A model generated the notes under the pieces. The model made no database searches and was not told the origin of the DNA. It was given only the letters and a program-made list of their open reading frames with translations. A DNA stretch of 64,000 bases, taken from contig OZ244653.1 of assembly GCA_965218795.1 (NCBI GenBank), positions 736,001 to 800,000 on the forward strand. The letters run 5' to 3'. The position numbers and the translations under genes were made by a program. The number at the start of each line of letters is the position of its first letter. Position 1 is the stretch's first letter. Positions 8,892 through 18,834 of the stretch are shown piece by piece. Origin of the DNA: a bacterium. Lineage in GTDB: Bacteria > UBA8248 > JACPRG01 > G963555815.

Positions 8892-10532
8892 TTATAGATT
8901 CCAGGTCTTGGCCCGGAGCTCTTCGATCAGAACCCGTTCGTTTTCTGAATAATCCACGGGAACCTCCACAATATGGACCCCCGGCTGATCCAGCCCTTCC
9001 CGAAGCAGCCCGGCCAGTGACTCAGAGGACTCCACCCGGCAGCCCTTGGCCCCGTAGCTCTCCGCATACCGGAGGAAGTCCGGGTTTCCGTAGCTGAGCC
9101 CGAAGTTCTCGAACCCCATCCCCGCCTGCTTCCAGCGAATCATCCCGTAGGCATCATCCCGCAGGATGACCACAACGAGATCCATGTCCAGCCGGACCGC
9201 GGTCTCCAGCTCCTGGGAATTCATCATGAAGCCCCCGTCGCCGCAGATAGCCATGACCTTGCGGTCGGGATAGACCAGCTTGGCCGCCATAGCGGATGGC
9301 AGGCCGGCGCCCATGGAGGCCAGGGCGTTGTCGAGCAGAATGGTGTTCGGCTCGCATGCCGTGTAGTTGCGGGCGAACCAGATCTTGTACACCCCATTGT
9401 CCAGTGCGATGATTCCGTCCGGAGGCACCGCCTCCCGGATGGTTGCCACCAGGTATTGAGGAATGACCGGAAACCGCGAATCCAGGCTCTTTTCCGCAAT
9501 GTGCTTCTCGATTTCCTCTTTCACCTGCCCGAAGTAGTGGCATTCCCACCGGCCGGCGACTTTGAGCTTTGCGGTCAGAGTTTCAATGGTGGAAGCGATA
9601 TCGCCGACCAACTCCAACTGCGGGAAGTAGACCTCATCCACGTTGGCTGAGAAGTTGTTGATGTGGATCACTTTCGTGCCGCCGGGCTCCATGAAGAACG
9701 GTGGCTTTTCGATCACGTCGTGGCCGATGTTGACGATGAGGTCGGCGGCACCGATAGCGAAATGGAGGTAGTCTTCCGCGGACAATGCGGCGGTCCCCAG
9801 ATACATTGGATGCCGCTCGTCGATCACCCCCTTGCCCATCTGGGTGTTGAAAAAGTAGATGCCCGTCTCGTCAACGAACCGGCGTAGAGCCAGGCCCGTC
9901 CGGTTCCGGTTGGCCGCGGCGCCGATGAGGAGTAGCGGCATTTTGGATTGCTCGAACATTGCCACGGCGTCGTCAATCACTTTTCCGTCGGCGCGGGGCC
10001 GTCTTGCCCGGCAAACTTCGAAGGGCTCGGCGGAGGCTTCTTCCGTAGCGATGTCCTCAGGCAGCTCGAGATGGACCGCACCCGGCCGCTCCTCTTCGGC
10101 GATCCGGACGGCCTCCCGGACCAGGACCGCAACATTGTTTCCGTTGACGATCTGCTTGGTGAACTTGGTAATGGGCCGCATCATCTCCACGACGTCGATG
10201 ATCTGAAACCGTCCCTGCTTGCTCTTTTTGACCGGCTTCTGGCCGGTGATCATCATCATCGGCATCGCGCCGAGTTGGGCATAGGCGGCGGCGGTAACCA
10301 GGTTGGTCGCGCCGGGTCCCAAGGTGGCCAGACAAACCCCCGCCCGGCCCGTCAGGCGGCCGTACGTGGCGGCCATGAAGCCGGCGGCCTGTTCGTGGCG
10401 GTTCAGAATAAAGCGTATGTTCGAGCTTCTGAGTGCTTCGAGGAAATCCAGGTTCTCTTCGCCCGGAACGCCGAAAATGTATTCCACTCCCTCCCGTTCC
10501 AGGGATCGGATGAACAGGTCAGACGCCTTCAT
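8892..10532 (-). CDS. Acetolactate synthase large-subunit family TPP enzyme
   Basis: FGVPGEEN, RHEQAAGFMA, TLGPGATN, GDGGFMMN; start MKASDLF at 10532. Confidence 0.92.
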   Translation of the reverse strand: MKASDLFIRSLEREGVEYIFGVPGEENLDFLEALRSSNIRFILNRHEQAAGFMAATYGRLTGRAGVCLATLGPGATNLVTAAAYAQLGAMPMMMITGQKPVKKSKQGRFQIIDVVEMMRPITKFTKQIVNGNNVAVLVREAVRIAEEERPGAVHLELPEDIATEEASAEPFEVCRARRPRADGKVIDDAVAMFEQSKMPLLLIGAAANRNRTGLALRRFVDETGIYFFNTQMGKGVIDERHPMYLGTAALSAEDYLHFAIGAADLIVNIGHDVIEKPPFFMEPGGTKVIHINNFSANVDEVYFPQLELVGDIASTIETLTAKLKVAGRWECHYFGQVKEEIEKHIAEKSLDSRFPVIPQYLVATIREAVPPDGIIALDNGVYKIWFARNYTACEPNTILLDNALASMGAGLPSAMAAKLVYPDRKVMAICGDGGFMMNSQELETAVRLDMDLVVVILRDDAYGMIRWKQAGMGFENFGLSYGNPDFLRYAESYGAKGCRVESSESLAGLLREGLDQPGVHIVEVPVDYSENERVLIEELRAKTWNL

Positions 10533-10658
10533 GGAGTCGGCCTCCGGTGGATGAGCCAGCCGATCCACTTCTCACCGAGACGGTGACCAGCGGTCCGGCA
10601 CGGAATGGTTTGCCTGCGTTGCCTTCGGGCGGGAAGCCACAGAGCGCACCGGGGAAGG

Positions 10659-11160
10659 TCAGTGCTTTGCGGCATGCCCCCAACCATAAGGAAAAATGAC
10701 CGGATAATCCGGGACAATCATTTCGCGTGTCCGCCTGGATTCCTCCACGGTCGGGGCCACGAGGACGACCCGGCAAGGCGCGCTTTTAATGACGGCGCGG
10801 GCCGTGCCTCCGATGGCCGTGTCGAGACCCCGTTTCGTGTGAGTCCCCATCACGATGATGCGCGCGCCGATTTCACTCGCGACTCTCTGAAATCATGACA
10901 CGGGGGGAATCCTCCACGACCCGGGTTTCCACCTCCAGCCCTTCTTCGACGAGCAAGGTGATGAAGCGGTCGAGCTTTTCCTCGGTCCGCTGACGTGCCT
11001 CGGAGATCTTCGCTATGGGAAAATGAACCGTCATCACGGTGAGGGAAGCCCCGGACGCCCGGGCGTGCTCGGCGGCCACCTCCCGGATGGCGACGGCAAG
11101 AGGGGTGATGTCGGAATACCGCTGCAAGGCCACCGCCACAAGGATACGATTGCCGGCCAT
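10659..11160 (-). pseudogene. Universal stress protein, split by a 1-nt frameshift
   Basis: MAGNRILVAV... then a shift near 10887 into RVASEIGARIIVMGTH...IGGTARAVIKSAPCRVVLV (USP C-terminal motif). Confidence 0.75.
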
Positions 11161-11917
11161 CGCTTCCTCTCCGGATAATAAGGACAACTTTGCTCCATCT
11201 TAAGGGGTATCCGTCCTTCTCGCCACCGAAATTCCGCGTCTTCACACGACGAAGGAGGGGGTGGTTCGCGCCAGGAGTGCCGATCCCGGGGAAATCGTTC
11301 CGCAAGCCCATTTCTCATCGCCTGAGCCGGCTGATTATCTCTTCTGATCCGACTCTTCGCCCGATGCGACGGTTTCCATTTCAATCCTCCCGCGATCGAT
11401 CCCCGGCCAAATGGGGACCAGGTCAATGAGCACGCCGGCTACGCGCGCGGCCTTACTGGACTCGAAAATCCGGGAAGAGACATCACCGCATTCCTCAACG
11501 TCTCTATCGAATTTCCGACCTTCGACGACTCTTTCATCCAAGCTGTCAGTTCGTTGGGTGCCATACAGGAATACCACCGCATGACCGGGACCTACGCCTA
11601 TCTCCTTAATTGAGGTTCGAGTTGAGAGCGCACAGGCTCTCGACCGTCCCATCATGGATGAAATCAGAGAGCTATCAAGGGAGTGACGGCAACGGTCACT
11701 CCCGTCGCCCTTTCATGCGCAAAGGGCGAGGCAGGATCCCTTTGAATGTGAACGAAACGAATGGGAAAGGAAAGAGAGGCGCGCGGCGGAAGTCCCGGTC
11801 AGGGTGACCCCGAGGTTGGCGGGAACTTCAGGCGCCGGCGAAGCCTTCGGTTTGGTCAGTGATTGAAAATAAGAATTAAACGAAGCTATTTCAACAGGAT
11901 AATCAATCTATATAATG

Positions 11918-12718
11918 TTATACTTTAATTCTTCCTTCCATTGTCGTAACGGCCTTGCCCCCGAGGACCACTCGGTCGCCCCGAAGGTGAATCCGCACAA
12001 CGCCGCCCCTTTCCGAGGCTTGGAATGCGGTGAACTCATCCTTTTTCAATCGGGCGCTCCAGTAAGGTCCGAGGAAGCAGTGAGCGGATCCGGTGACCGG
12101 ATCTTCGTCGATCCCCGCCGCAGGCGCGAAAAAGCGCGACAAGAAATCAAAATCTCCGGTTTCGGAAAGACAAGTCACAATCACGCCACGGGGTGGAAGC
12201 TCCGCAAGCGACTTGAAGTTTGGTCTCAGGGATCGCAGGGATCGTTCAGGATTGACTTCAACCAGGTAATCGAACCGGTTGACCGCAAAGTTCTCGGCCT
12301 TCGCGCCGAGGACCTCCTCCACGCGGGACACGGGCTCCTCTCCCGACAAAGGTCGTCCGGGTTCGGCTGGAAAATCCATTTCAATCCACTCACCCGCCAT
12401 TTCGGCTGTCAAGACTCCGCTTCGGGTGTGAAAAACGGCGGACCGGTCGTGGGGAAGCCGTTCCGTCTCCCACAGGACGTGGGCGCTCGCGAGCGTCGCG
12501 TGTCCGCAGAGGTCCACCTCGGTTTTTGGCGTGAACCAGCGAAGGCCGAAACCGTCCTCATTGGGCAGGAGGTAAGCGGTCTCGGGCAGATTCATTTCCC
12601 GCGCCACATCCTGCATCCAGGCTTCCGCAGGCGGCTTGTCCAGAATGCAAACGGCCGCCGGGTTGCCGCGAAAGGGCCGGTCCGTGAAAGCGTCGACTTG
12701 AAGAACGGGAATGGTCAT
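11918..12718 (-). CDS. PhzF family isomerase/epimerase
   Basis: VDAFTDRPFRGNPAAV, ETAY, EVDLCGHATLA, EDPVTGSAH; ATGA overlap with the upstream gene. Confidence 0.92.
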   Translation of the reverse strand: MTIPVLQVDAFTDRPFRGNPAAVCILDKPPAEAWMQDVAREMNLPETAYLLPNEDGFGLRWFTPKTEVDLCGHATLASAHVLWETERLPHDRSAVFHTRSGVLTAEMAGEWIEMDFPAEPGRPLSGEEPVSRVEEVLGAKAENFAVNRFDYLVEVNPERSLRSLRPNFKSLAELPPRGVIVTCLSETGDFDFLSRFFAPAAGIDEDPVTGSAHCFLGPYWSARLKKDEFTAFQASERGGVVRIHLRGDRVVLGGKAVTTMEGRIKV

Positions 12719-13539
12719 TCTTCCAGTGCGGTCTCCGTCGTGATGTCGGATTCGATTTGCATCCCCGACGCGATGGTGTTGAAGGAGTTGTAATGGTCGA
12801 CCACTCCGATCACTTCGAGAATCCTGCCGTCGTCCCAACCGGCGTGCCGAATCGCATCCGTGAAGTAGCGGATGAAGTAGCGGCACCCGTTCGTCACGCT
12901 GACGCCCAGGCCCACGGCGAGCTTGGCGGCGGGTTCGATGCCCGGGCGGTCGAACAGGAGCTGATGCTTCGTCCAGGTGGCGTCGAGATAATGGACGTTT
13001 CTGGCGAGCGCTCGCCAGATCTTCGGGACGCCGGGCCGTCCCAAGCGATTCCCCTCATGCTCGGCCACGAGGCTCAGGACTTCCCGGCTTCGGACGTCCA
13101 GCTGATCGTCGGCAGGATAGGGGATGCTCGGCTCTTCAAGCCCCTGGTCGTCCTCCAGCATCAGGCCGAAGGCGACCTTGTTCATCGATCGGCAGTGCTC
13201 GGTCAGGCCCAAAAGCTCCGTGACATCCTTTTCATCCGATCCCAGCCGCATGACCGCGGCCACATGAGAATCAATTCAGTATTCGCACACGTTCACGATG
13301 GAAACGGCGGAGGCCACCATCTCTTTGATATGGGGGGAGACGTCGCCCCGCTGCATGGTCGCGCGCGACCGGTTCCAACTGGCCTCGATGTAACCGGGGA
13401 GATGGGCCTGGGCCTTCCAGATGTTGGAGAGCGAGTCTGCGTTGAAGAGCTTTTTTTCGCGGATCAGGACCCGTTCGACGATTCTTTTATCGGGTCCCGT
13501 AAGGATTTTTTCATCGCTGAGAAGCTTGATGGTCGGCAT
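12715..13539 (-). CDS. Two-domain AhpD/carboxymuconolactone decarboxylase family selenoprotein (CxxU)
   Basis: The two tracked ORFs are in one frame, joined by TGA at 13278-13276: KEMVASAVSIVNVCEY-U-IDSH. Hairpin GCCGC-GGTCAT-GCGGC begins 15 nt after the TGA. Confidence 0.85.
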
Positions 13540-14016
13540 GATTCCTCCTATGAGAATCCCGGCGCATTCCCATCCGTCGAAAAGAACGACGGCTGGAACG
13601 GCGTCGAATTCATGGCTCGGCCTTCGCCGGGCATGGATGGTGAAGGACGCACGTCTGGGGGCAGCCGTCCCCGGACGGTTATGAGCGGATGGAGCTTCGC
13701 CCTGACGAAATTGTGCGTCCGGGGTGAAACCATGTCAACGATGCCCTCGACGGGCCGGGTTGCGAGGCACCGGAGGGCCGATCTCTCCCCCGGAACCCGC
13801 ACAGGATGTCGATGCGCCTTCTCGGGAGAAGGGCTCAAGGTATCGGGGCGAATCCCCTAGAGGTCCTTCGGGATGTGGTTTCGGTGCAGCAGGCCCAGGT
13901 TTTCTGGAGAGGGTCTCCACGCACGTCCCGGCCTCAATCGTGCCGTGATGGTGCAACCCATTGATTGATTTCAAGTTCTCACGTTTCTTATCCATTTGAG
14001 TTCCTGCAAATTTTTT

Positions 14017-14060
14017 TGATATGCTGATGTTCCTGCGCGTCAAAATGCTTTGAAAACCGC
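14017..14060 (+). promoter_or_regulatory. Extended -10 promoter and leader motif (copy 1)
   Basis: TGaTATGCT ends 58 nt before the ATG, followed by TCAAAA-N5-TGAAAACCGC; the same arrangement precedes the paralog. Confidence 0.5.
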
Positions 14061-14082
14061 TTTTAGATAGGAGGGGGCGATC

Positions 14083-15107
14083 ATGAGGAAAATGTTGATG
14101 GTTACAATTGTAACGCTGTTCCTGGCGGTGGGACTCACCGGGCAGGCAGCCGCCGCAAAGACCACATTCCTGCTCGACTGGATCGTCTATGGAAAACACG
14201 CGGCTTTCTTCGCAGCCCAGGATTTCGGCTTTTACAAGAAGTACGGACTGGACATGAACTACAAGCGGGGATTCGGCTCGGGTAGAACCATCAAGGACGT
14301 TGCCGCCAAGATTGCCCCTATCGGGTTTGCCGATGCCGGCTCGCTGGTCAACGCCCGGGCCAATAGCGACGTCAAGATCAAGGAAGTGGCCATGATCCAC
14401 GCCAAAACGATCATGATTGTGGCCTTCTTCAAAGACAAGGGCTACAAGACGCCCAAGGACTTGGCAGGCGCTACGATCGGATCGCCGATTGCCAACTCCG
14501 TCCGCGTCATTTTCCCGGCCTTCGCCGCGGCCAACGGGTTCGACGATAAGACCATCAAGTGGATCGACATGGGTTATGGGAATGTCCTCCCTTCCCTATT
14601 GGCCGGAAAGCAGGATGTGGCTCTCTACTATGCAACCGAGATCCCAGGTCTCCATATCGCCGCCAAAAAAATCGGAAGAGAGATAACGTCGTTCTCTTAT
14701 GGAGACTGGGGCGTGGAGGTTTACAACAACGGCGTCATCGTCCGCGAGGACACCATCAAGTCCGACCCGAAGTTCGTCCGAAACGCGGTGCACGCCGTCA
14801 TAGACGGCTTTGCGTGGTCGTTGGTCAATCCGGACAAGACGATAAAGAACTTTCGCAAGTACGCCCCGGGGATGAGTGAGCGCATCATCCGCCAACACTT
14901 TGCCATCAATACGGAGTATCTGTTCGACGAAGGAGTCCGGCTGCACGGCTTGGGATACATGGATCACAAGAAGATGGACAAAACCGTCGAAACGCTCACC
15001 GTGCTCGGGAAGCTGAAGAAGCGCATTCCGACCAAAGACATGTACACGACCGGTTCCTTCCCCAGTGGCCTCAGATCAAGGAGGAACTTGGCGATAAGGC
15101 CATGTAA
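14083..15107 (+). CDS. NMT1/THI5-like ABC transporter substrate-binding protein, copy 1 (1-nt deletion near 15049)
   Basis: Signal peptide, LDWIVYGKHA, RGFGSG. Restoring one base gives ...MYT-x-RFLPQWPQIKEELGDKAM*, matching the paralog end (1025 vs 1026 bp). Confidence 0.85.
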
Positions 15108-15519
15108 CCATTCGTACCGCCCCTCACCCGCGGCACCCGCAGGCCCCGGATGGGACTCCTTTCGGCGCCCGGGTTCCGGGTGCAGGGGCCGTTGGCCCAA
15201 TCCCTGCGGGTCAGCGTGCGCCCGTAAGGCGTCGCCGCCATATATTCCGACCGCTCCTCAACACATCGAGGCCTTCAAAAATCCTTTCAGGATGATCTCG
15301 GTGGGCACTTCCCCCACCAACACGTCTTTCATCTGTTGAAGAGCCCGGCCCAAGCCTTTGCCCTCCTAAAGCAGCTACGGCTGCATGGGTGTACTCCTCC
15401 GTTCAACGGTTCCGTTGCTCCTCGGAAGAGTAGACTCCCATTTTTTCCAAAACCACTTCTACACACGAAACGGGTGCATCACCTGCCTCGAATCCGTTCA
15501 AATATCTGTAAGAATATTG

Positions 15520-15564
15520 TGATATACTACCGGCTCTTTCGATTCAAAACATCCTGAAAACCGC
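15520..15564 (+). promoter_or_regulatory. Extended -10 promoter and leader motif (copy 2)
   Basis: TGaTATACT ends 58 nt before the ATG, followed by TCAAAA-N5-TGAAAACCGC. Confidence 0.5.
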
Positions 15565-15585
15565 CTAAGTTAAAGGAGGGCAAAC

Positions 15586-16611
15586 ATGAAGAAAGCGTCT
15601 GCTGTTTTGATTGCGTCGCTGTTCCTGGCGATGGGACTCGCCGGGCAAGCGGCCGCCGAAAAGACCACGTTTTTGCTCGACTGGATCGTCTACGGGAAGC
15701 ACGCACCGTTCTTCGCCGCCAAGGACTTCGGCTACTTCAAGAAGTACGGCCTGGACATCGAGTACAAGCGCGGATTCGGTTCCGGCGATACGATCAAGAA
15801 GGTTGCCGCCAAGGTGGCTCCCATCGGTTACGCGGATGCCGGTTCCCTGGTCAATGCCCGGGCCCACAACCCGGACATCAAGATCAAGGAAATCGCCATG
15901 GGCCACGCCAAGACGATCATGAACGCCTTCTTTTTCAAGGGGAAGTTCAGGACCCCGAAAGATCTGGCGGGCGCACGGATCGGATCGCCGCAGGCCAACG
16001 CGGTTCGCGTGATCTTCCCGGCCTTTGCCGCGGCCAACGGCCTGGATCCGAAATCCGTCAAGTTCATCAATATGACCTACGCTCAGGTTACGCCGGCGAT
16101 GATGACCGGCCAGATTGACGTGGCCCTTTGGTACGCGACTGAGGTGCCGAAGCAGCTCGAGTCTGCCAAGAAGGTCGGGAAAGAGATGGACTGGTTCTCT
16201 TACGGCGATTACGGCGTGAAGGTGTACAACAACGGGATCATCGTCCGTGAGGAGACCATTGAGAAGGACCCCCAGTTCGTCAAGAACGTTACCCATGCCG
16301 TCGTCAAAGCCTGGGGAGATTGCCTGATCATGACGGACAAATGCCTCAAGAACTTCCTGAAATACGCTCCGGGGATGACCGAGCGGATCATCCGCGGACA
16401 GTTCGCGATCAACACGGAGTACCTCTTTGACGAGCATACCACGCGGCACGGCCTGGGTTACATGGACCACGCCAAGATGGACGCGACCGTCGAAATCCTG
16501 ACGAACCTCCAGAAGCTGCCGCGGCGGGTGCCGACCAAGGACATGTACACCAACCGGTTCCTGCCCCAGTGGCCTGAGATCAAGGCGCTCCTTGGGGATA
16601 AGGCAATGTAA
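15586..16611 (+). CDS. NMT1/THI5-like ABC transporter substrate-binding protein, copy 2
   Basis: Collinear paralog of 14083-15107; signal peptide; AAGGAGG RBS. Confidence 0.9.
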   Translation: MKKASAVLIASLFLAMGLAGQAAAEKTTFLLDWIVYGKHAPFFAAKDFGYFKKYGLDIEYKRGFGSGDTIKKVAAKVAPIGYADAGSLVNARAHNPDIKIKEIAMGHAKTIMNAFFFKGKFRTPKDLAGARIGSPQANAVRVIFPAFAAANGLDPKSVKFINMTYAQVTPAMMTGQIDVALWYATEVPKQLESAKKVGKEMDWFSYGDYGVKVYNNGIIVREETIEKDPQFVKNVTHAVVKAWGDCLIMTDKCLKNFLKYAPGMTERIIRGQFAINTEYLFDEHTTRHGLGYMDHAKMDATVEILTNLQKLPRRVPTKDMYTNRFLPQWPEIKALLGDKAM

Positions 16612-16710
16612 CCATCCGGACCGCCCTTCGACTACTCCCGAAACATGATGTGACGCTTTGACGGTGGCGGGCGCAAGGGGCATCCGGTACAATGAAGGTT
16701 CAGATGTAAA

Positions 16711-16752
16711 GGGGCGGCGGCCTCCATAAGCCGCCGCCCCTTTTCTTGTTTT
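16711..16752 (+). terminator. Rho-independent terminator
   Basis: GGGGCGGCGGC-N8-GCCGCCGCCCC followed by TTTTCTTGTTTT. Confidence 0.85.
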
Positions 16753-16791
16753 CCCGAATGTCGCGTCAGTCGATACGGAGGAAACCCGGTT

Positions 16792-17871
16792 TTGGCCCAC
16801 GACCCGATCGACGGCCCCATGCGTGAGGGCGCGAGAAACTGCATTGTGAATTATTCCGGGATCCAGCCGGGAGAAAACGTGCTGGTCTGGATTGACCGGG
16901 ATGAGCCGCCCGAGCCGGGCGTGGCCGAGATGATGATCGAGGCCGCCGAGGAGGCCGGGGCCCATGTGACTCTTCTCGAAGACCGAGCCCCGGAATTCCG
17001 CCTGGGCGAGCGCATGGGCGCATCCACGGAGGCCGCCATACAGGCCAGCCACTGCGTCATCCAGCTCCTTCCTCTCCTGAACGTCGCCTCCATCGACAAC
17101 ATTCACATCCTGCGCTGCCTGTTCGAGCATGAGGTTCGCATCACCGCCTGCATGACGCCCACGCGGGCGCTCCTGGCCTCGGAATGGGCCCGCTACCCGA
17201 TTGAGATTGCGCGGACGATCATGCGCAGGTCGGCGGCCTGTGTGAAGGACGCCGAATTCCATCTGACCGAGGAAACAGGAACCGACTTGAAGGGACGTCT
17301 GAAGGCCTGGCCCGGCGGGACCGGATTTTCGGGAAGCGGAGGCCTTCGCGGCGGCGCGTGGACGTTCTTCCCCTTCGGAAACGTCGCGCTCTACCCGGAG
17401 GCGCCGGTCAACGGACGGATCGTATTCGAGACCTGGGAGGGCACAGCGGGGATTCTGAAAGAGCCCGTCGAGTTGGAGATCCGAGACCAGCGGGTCGTGA
17501 ATTGCTCGGGCGGGGACGAGGCCCGTTGGTTCAACGAGATGATGAAGCGGTATCCGAACGCCGACTTCTGCTGTGAGATCACCTGGGGCATCAGCCCGGT
17601 CGTCAGCATTCAGGAGGGTCTCAAGCAGCGGGCGTGCGACACGCTTCTGTATCGCCACGCCGGTGTGTACCACATCGGTTTCGGGCTGTGGCCCTGCGAA
17701 GGGCTCTGGAGCGATTTCCACTGGGACGGCGGGGGAATCAAGCCGACTCTGGTCCACGGCGGAGAGACGATCATCGATAAGGGGAGACTCTTGATCCTGG
17801 AAGATCCGGAAGTCCGGGAGGCGGCCTCCAGATATGGCGACTCGGATCAACTGCTGGCAGAGGTGCCTTGA
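16792..17871 (+). CDS. Peptidase M29 / NicX-like metalloenzyme fold protein
   Basis: IQPGENVLVWID, GTDLKG, FPFGNVALYP, NGRIVF, EPVELEI, EITWGI, HIGFG pattern. Confidence 0.65.
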   Translation: MAHDPIDGPMREGARNCIVNYSGIQPGENVLVWIDRDEPPEPGVAEMMIEAAEEAGAHVTLLEDRAPEFRLGERMGASTEAAIQASHCVIQLLPLLNVASIDNIHILRCLFEHEVRITACMTPTRALLASEWARYPIEIARTIMRRSAACVKDAEFHLTEETGTDLKGRLKAWPGGTGFSGSGGLRGGAWTFFPFGNVALYPEAPVNGRIVFETWEGTAGILKEPVELEIRDQRVVNCSGGDEARWFNEMMKRYPNADFCCEITWGISPVVSIQEGLKQRACDTLLYRHAGVYHIGFGLWPCEGLWSDFHWDGGGIKPTLVHGGETIIDKGRLLILEDPEVREAASRYGDSDQLLAEVP

Positions 17872-18305
17872 ACATGGCGGACCCGCTGACGGAATCTGCT
17901 CGCGATTTTTTCGAAGGACTCAACGGGCGCGGCGACATGCGCGGGCTGTTGTCCAGTTTGGATCAGACCATACGGTTTCTCGTGGAGGACGGTGAATCTT
18001 TTCATCTCGGAGCGTCCGGGGGCACGCTTCGCGTCTCCGAGGGCGCCGGCGGCCCGGAGGTCAAAGACCATCCGGATGTCACCCACTTCCGGACGAACCG
18101 GGAGACCCTCAGGCGGTTGTGGGCGGGAGAGATTCGGTACTCGGACGCCGTGATCCCGTCCGGCCCGGACATGGGCTATCTGAGACTGGTGGAAAAGTGG
18201 ATGTTCAAGAAGGGGGTCATCAACTGGCTCGGTCAGGTTATCCGTATGGGCCAGATGGGCCCGTCCTGGCCGGGCTCTCGGCCGACCGAGGGATGGAAGG
18301 AATAG
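17868..18305 (+). CDS. Hypothetical protein, possible SCP2-like fold
   Basis: 4-nt overlap with the upstream stop; TIRFLVEDGESFHL...PDVTHFRTNRETLRRL pattern. Confidence 0.55.
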   Translation: MNMADPLTESARDFFEGLNGRGDMRGLLSSLDQTIRFLVEDGESFHLGASGGTLRVSEGAGGPEVKDHPDVTHFRTNRETLRRLWAGEIRYSDAVIPSGPDMGYLRLVEKWMFKKGVINWLGQVIRMGQMGPSWPGSRPTEGWKE

Positions 18306-18571
18306 CGACGTCCAGCGCGCAGGGCTCATTCCAAGTCCACCCTGCGAATTTGTCATGACAGCCGCCCCGGCTACCATAAGTCGAATCCCCGGCGCGAGTT
18401 GCTCGGTCGATCTGAAAATCAGGCGTATTCATCAATCGTATCAACCCTGTCATGCCGAACAGCGTGAGGAATCCCCCCGAACTCAATCGGCGATAAATTT
18501 GGCGGGCCTGAAGATTTGGATCCACCGGACCGGCATTCTTCGCTTGGGGACATTATCCAGAGCGCATACGG

Positions 18572-18825
18572 TCATTTCAAAGCTCTTACGTCTGTTAGCT
18601 GCGTCTGATGCTGCAAAAGCTCCCGAGCCCCCGCCGGAAAATTGATCTTCACCGTAATCGTTCCCTCGTTCATCAGCCAGGGCCGGATGGTGAACGTGCG
18701 CGCCCCGCTTGAATGCATGGGATCCGATTCGGCAATCTCCCTGGCCTCCGCCAAAGAGCCCGCGCGAATGAGCACCATGCCGTCCCCCAGCCAGATCTCT
18801 TCATCGTCCTCGATCGGGTCTCGAT
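18572..18825 (-). pseudogene. 5'-truncated YciI-family protein
   Basis: GDGMVLIRAGSLAEAREIAESDPMHSSGARTFTIRPW is a YciI C-terminal half; no start before it meets the divergent gene. Confidence 0.7.
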
Positions 18826-18834
18826 AGATTATCA

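Noticed and set aside
10873-10875. TGA ending the first usp ORF as a possible selenocysteine
   Set aside because: The downstream half is in a different frame, so this is a frameshift rather than read-through.
11311-11900. Short ORFs between usp and phzF
   Set aside because: No RBS or family motif I can recognise.
14083-15339. 418-aa version of SBP copy 1 with a novel C-terminal extension
   Set aside because: The extension results from a 1-nt deletion; the paralog-like stop is at 15105-15107.
15565-17850. Long antisense ORFs (also 4353-5672, 44082-45674, 28796-30055 and others)
   Set aside because: Shadow ORFs of high-GC genes, with no recognisable motifs.
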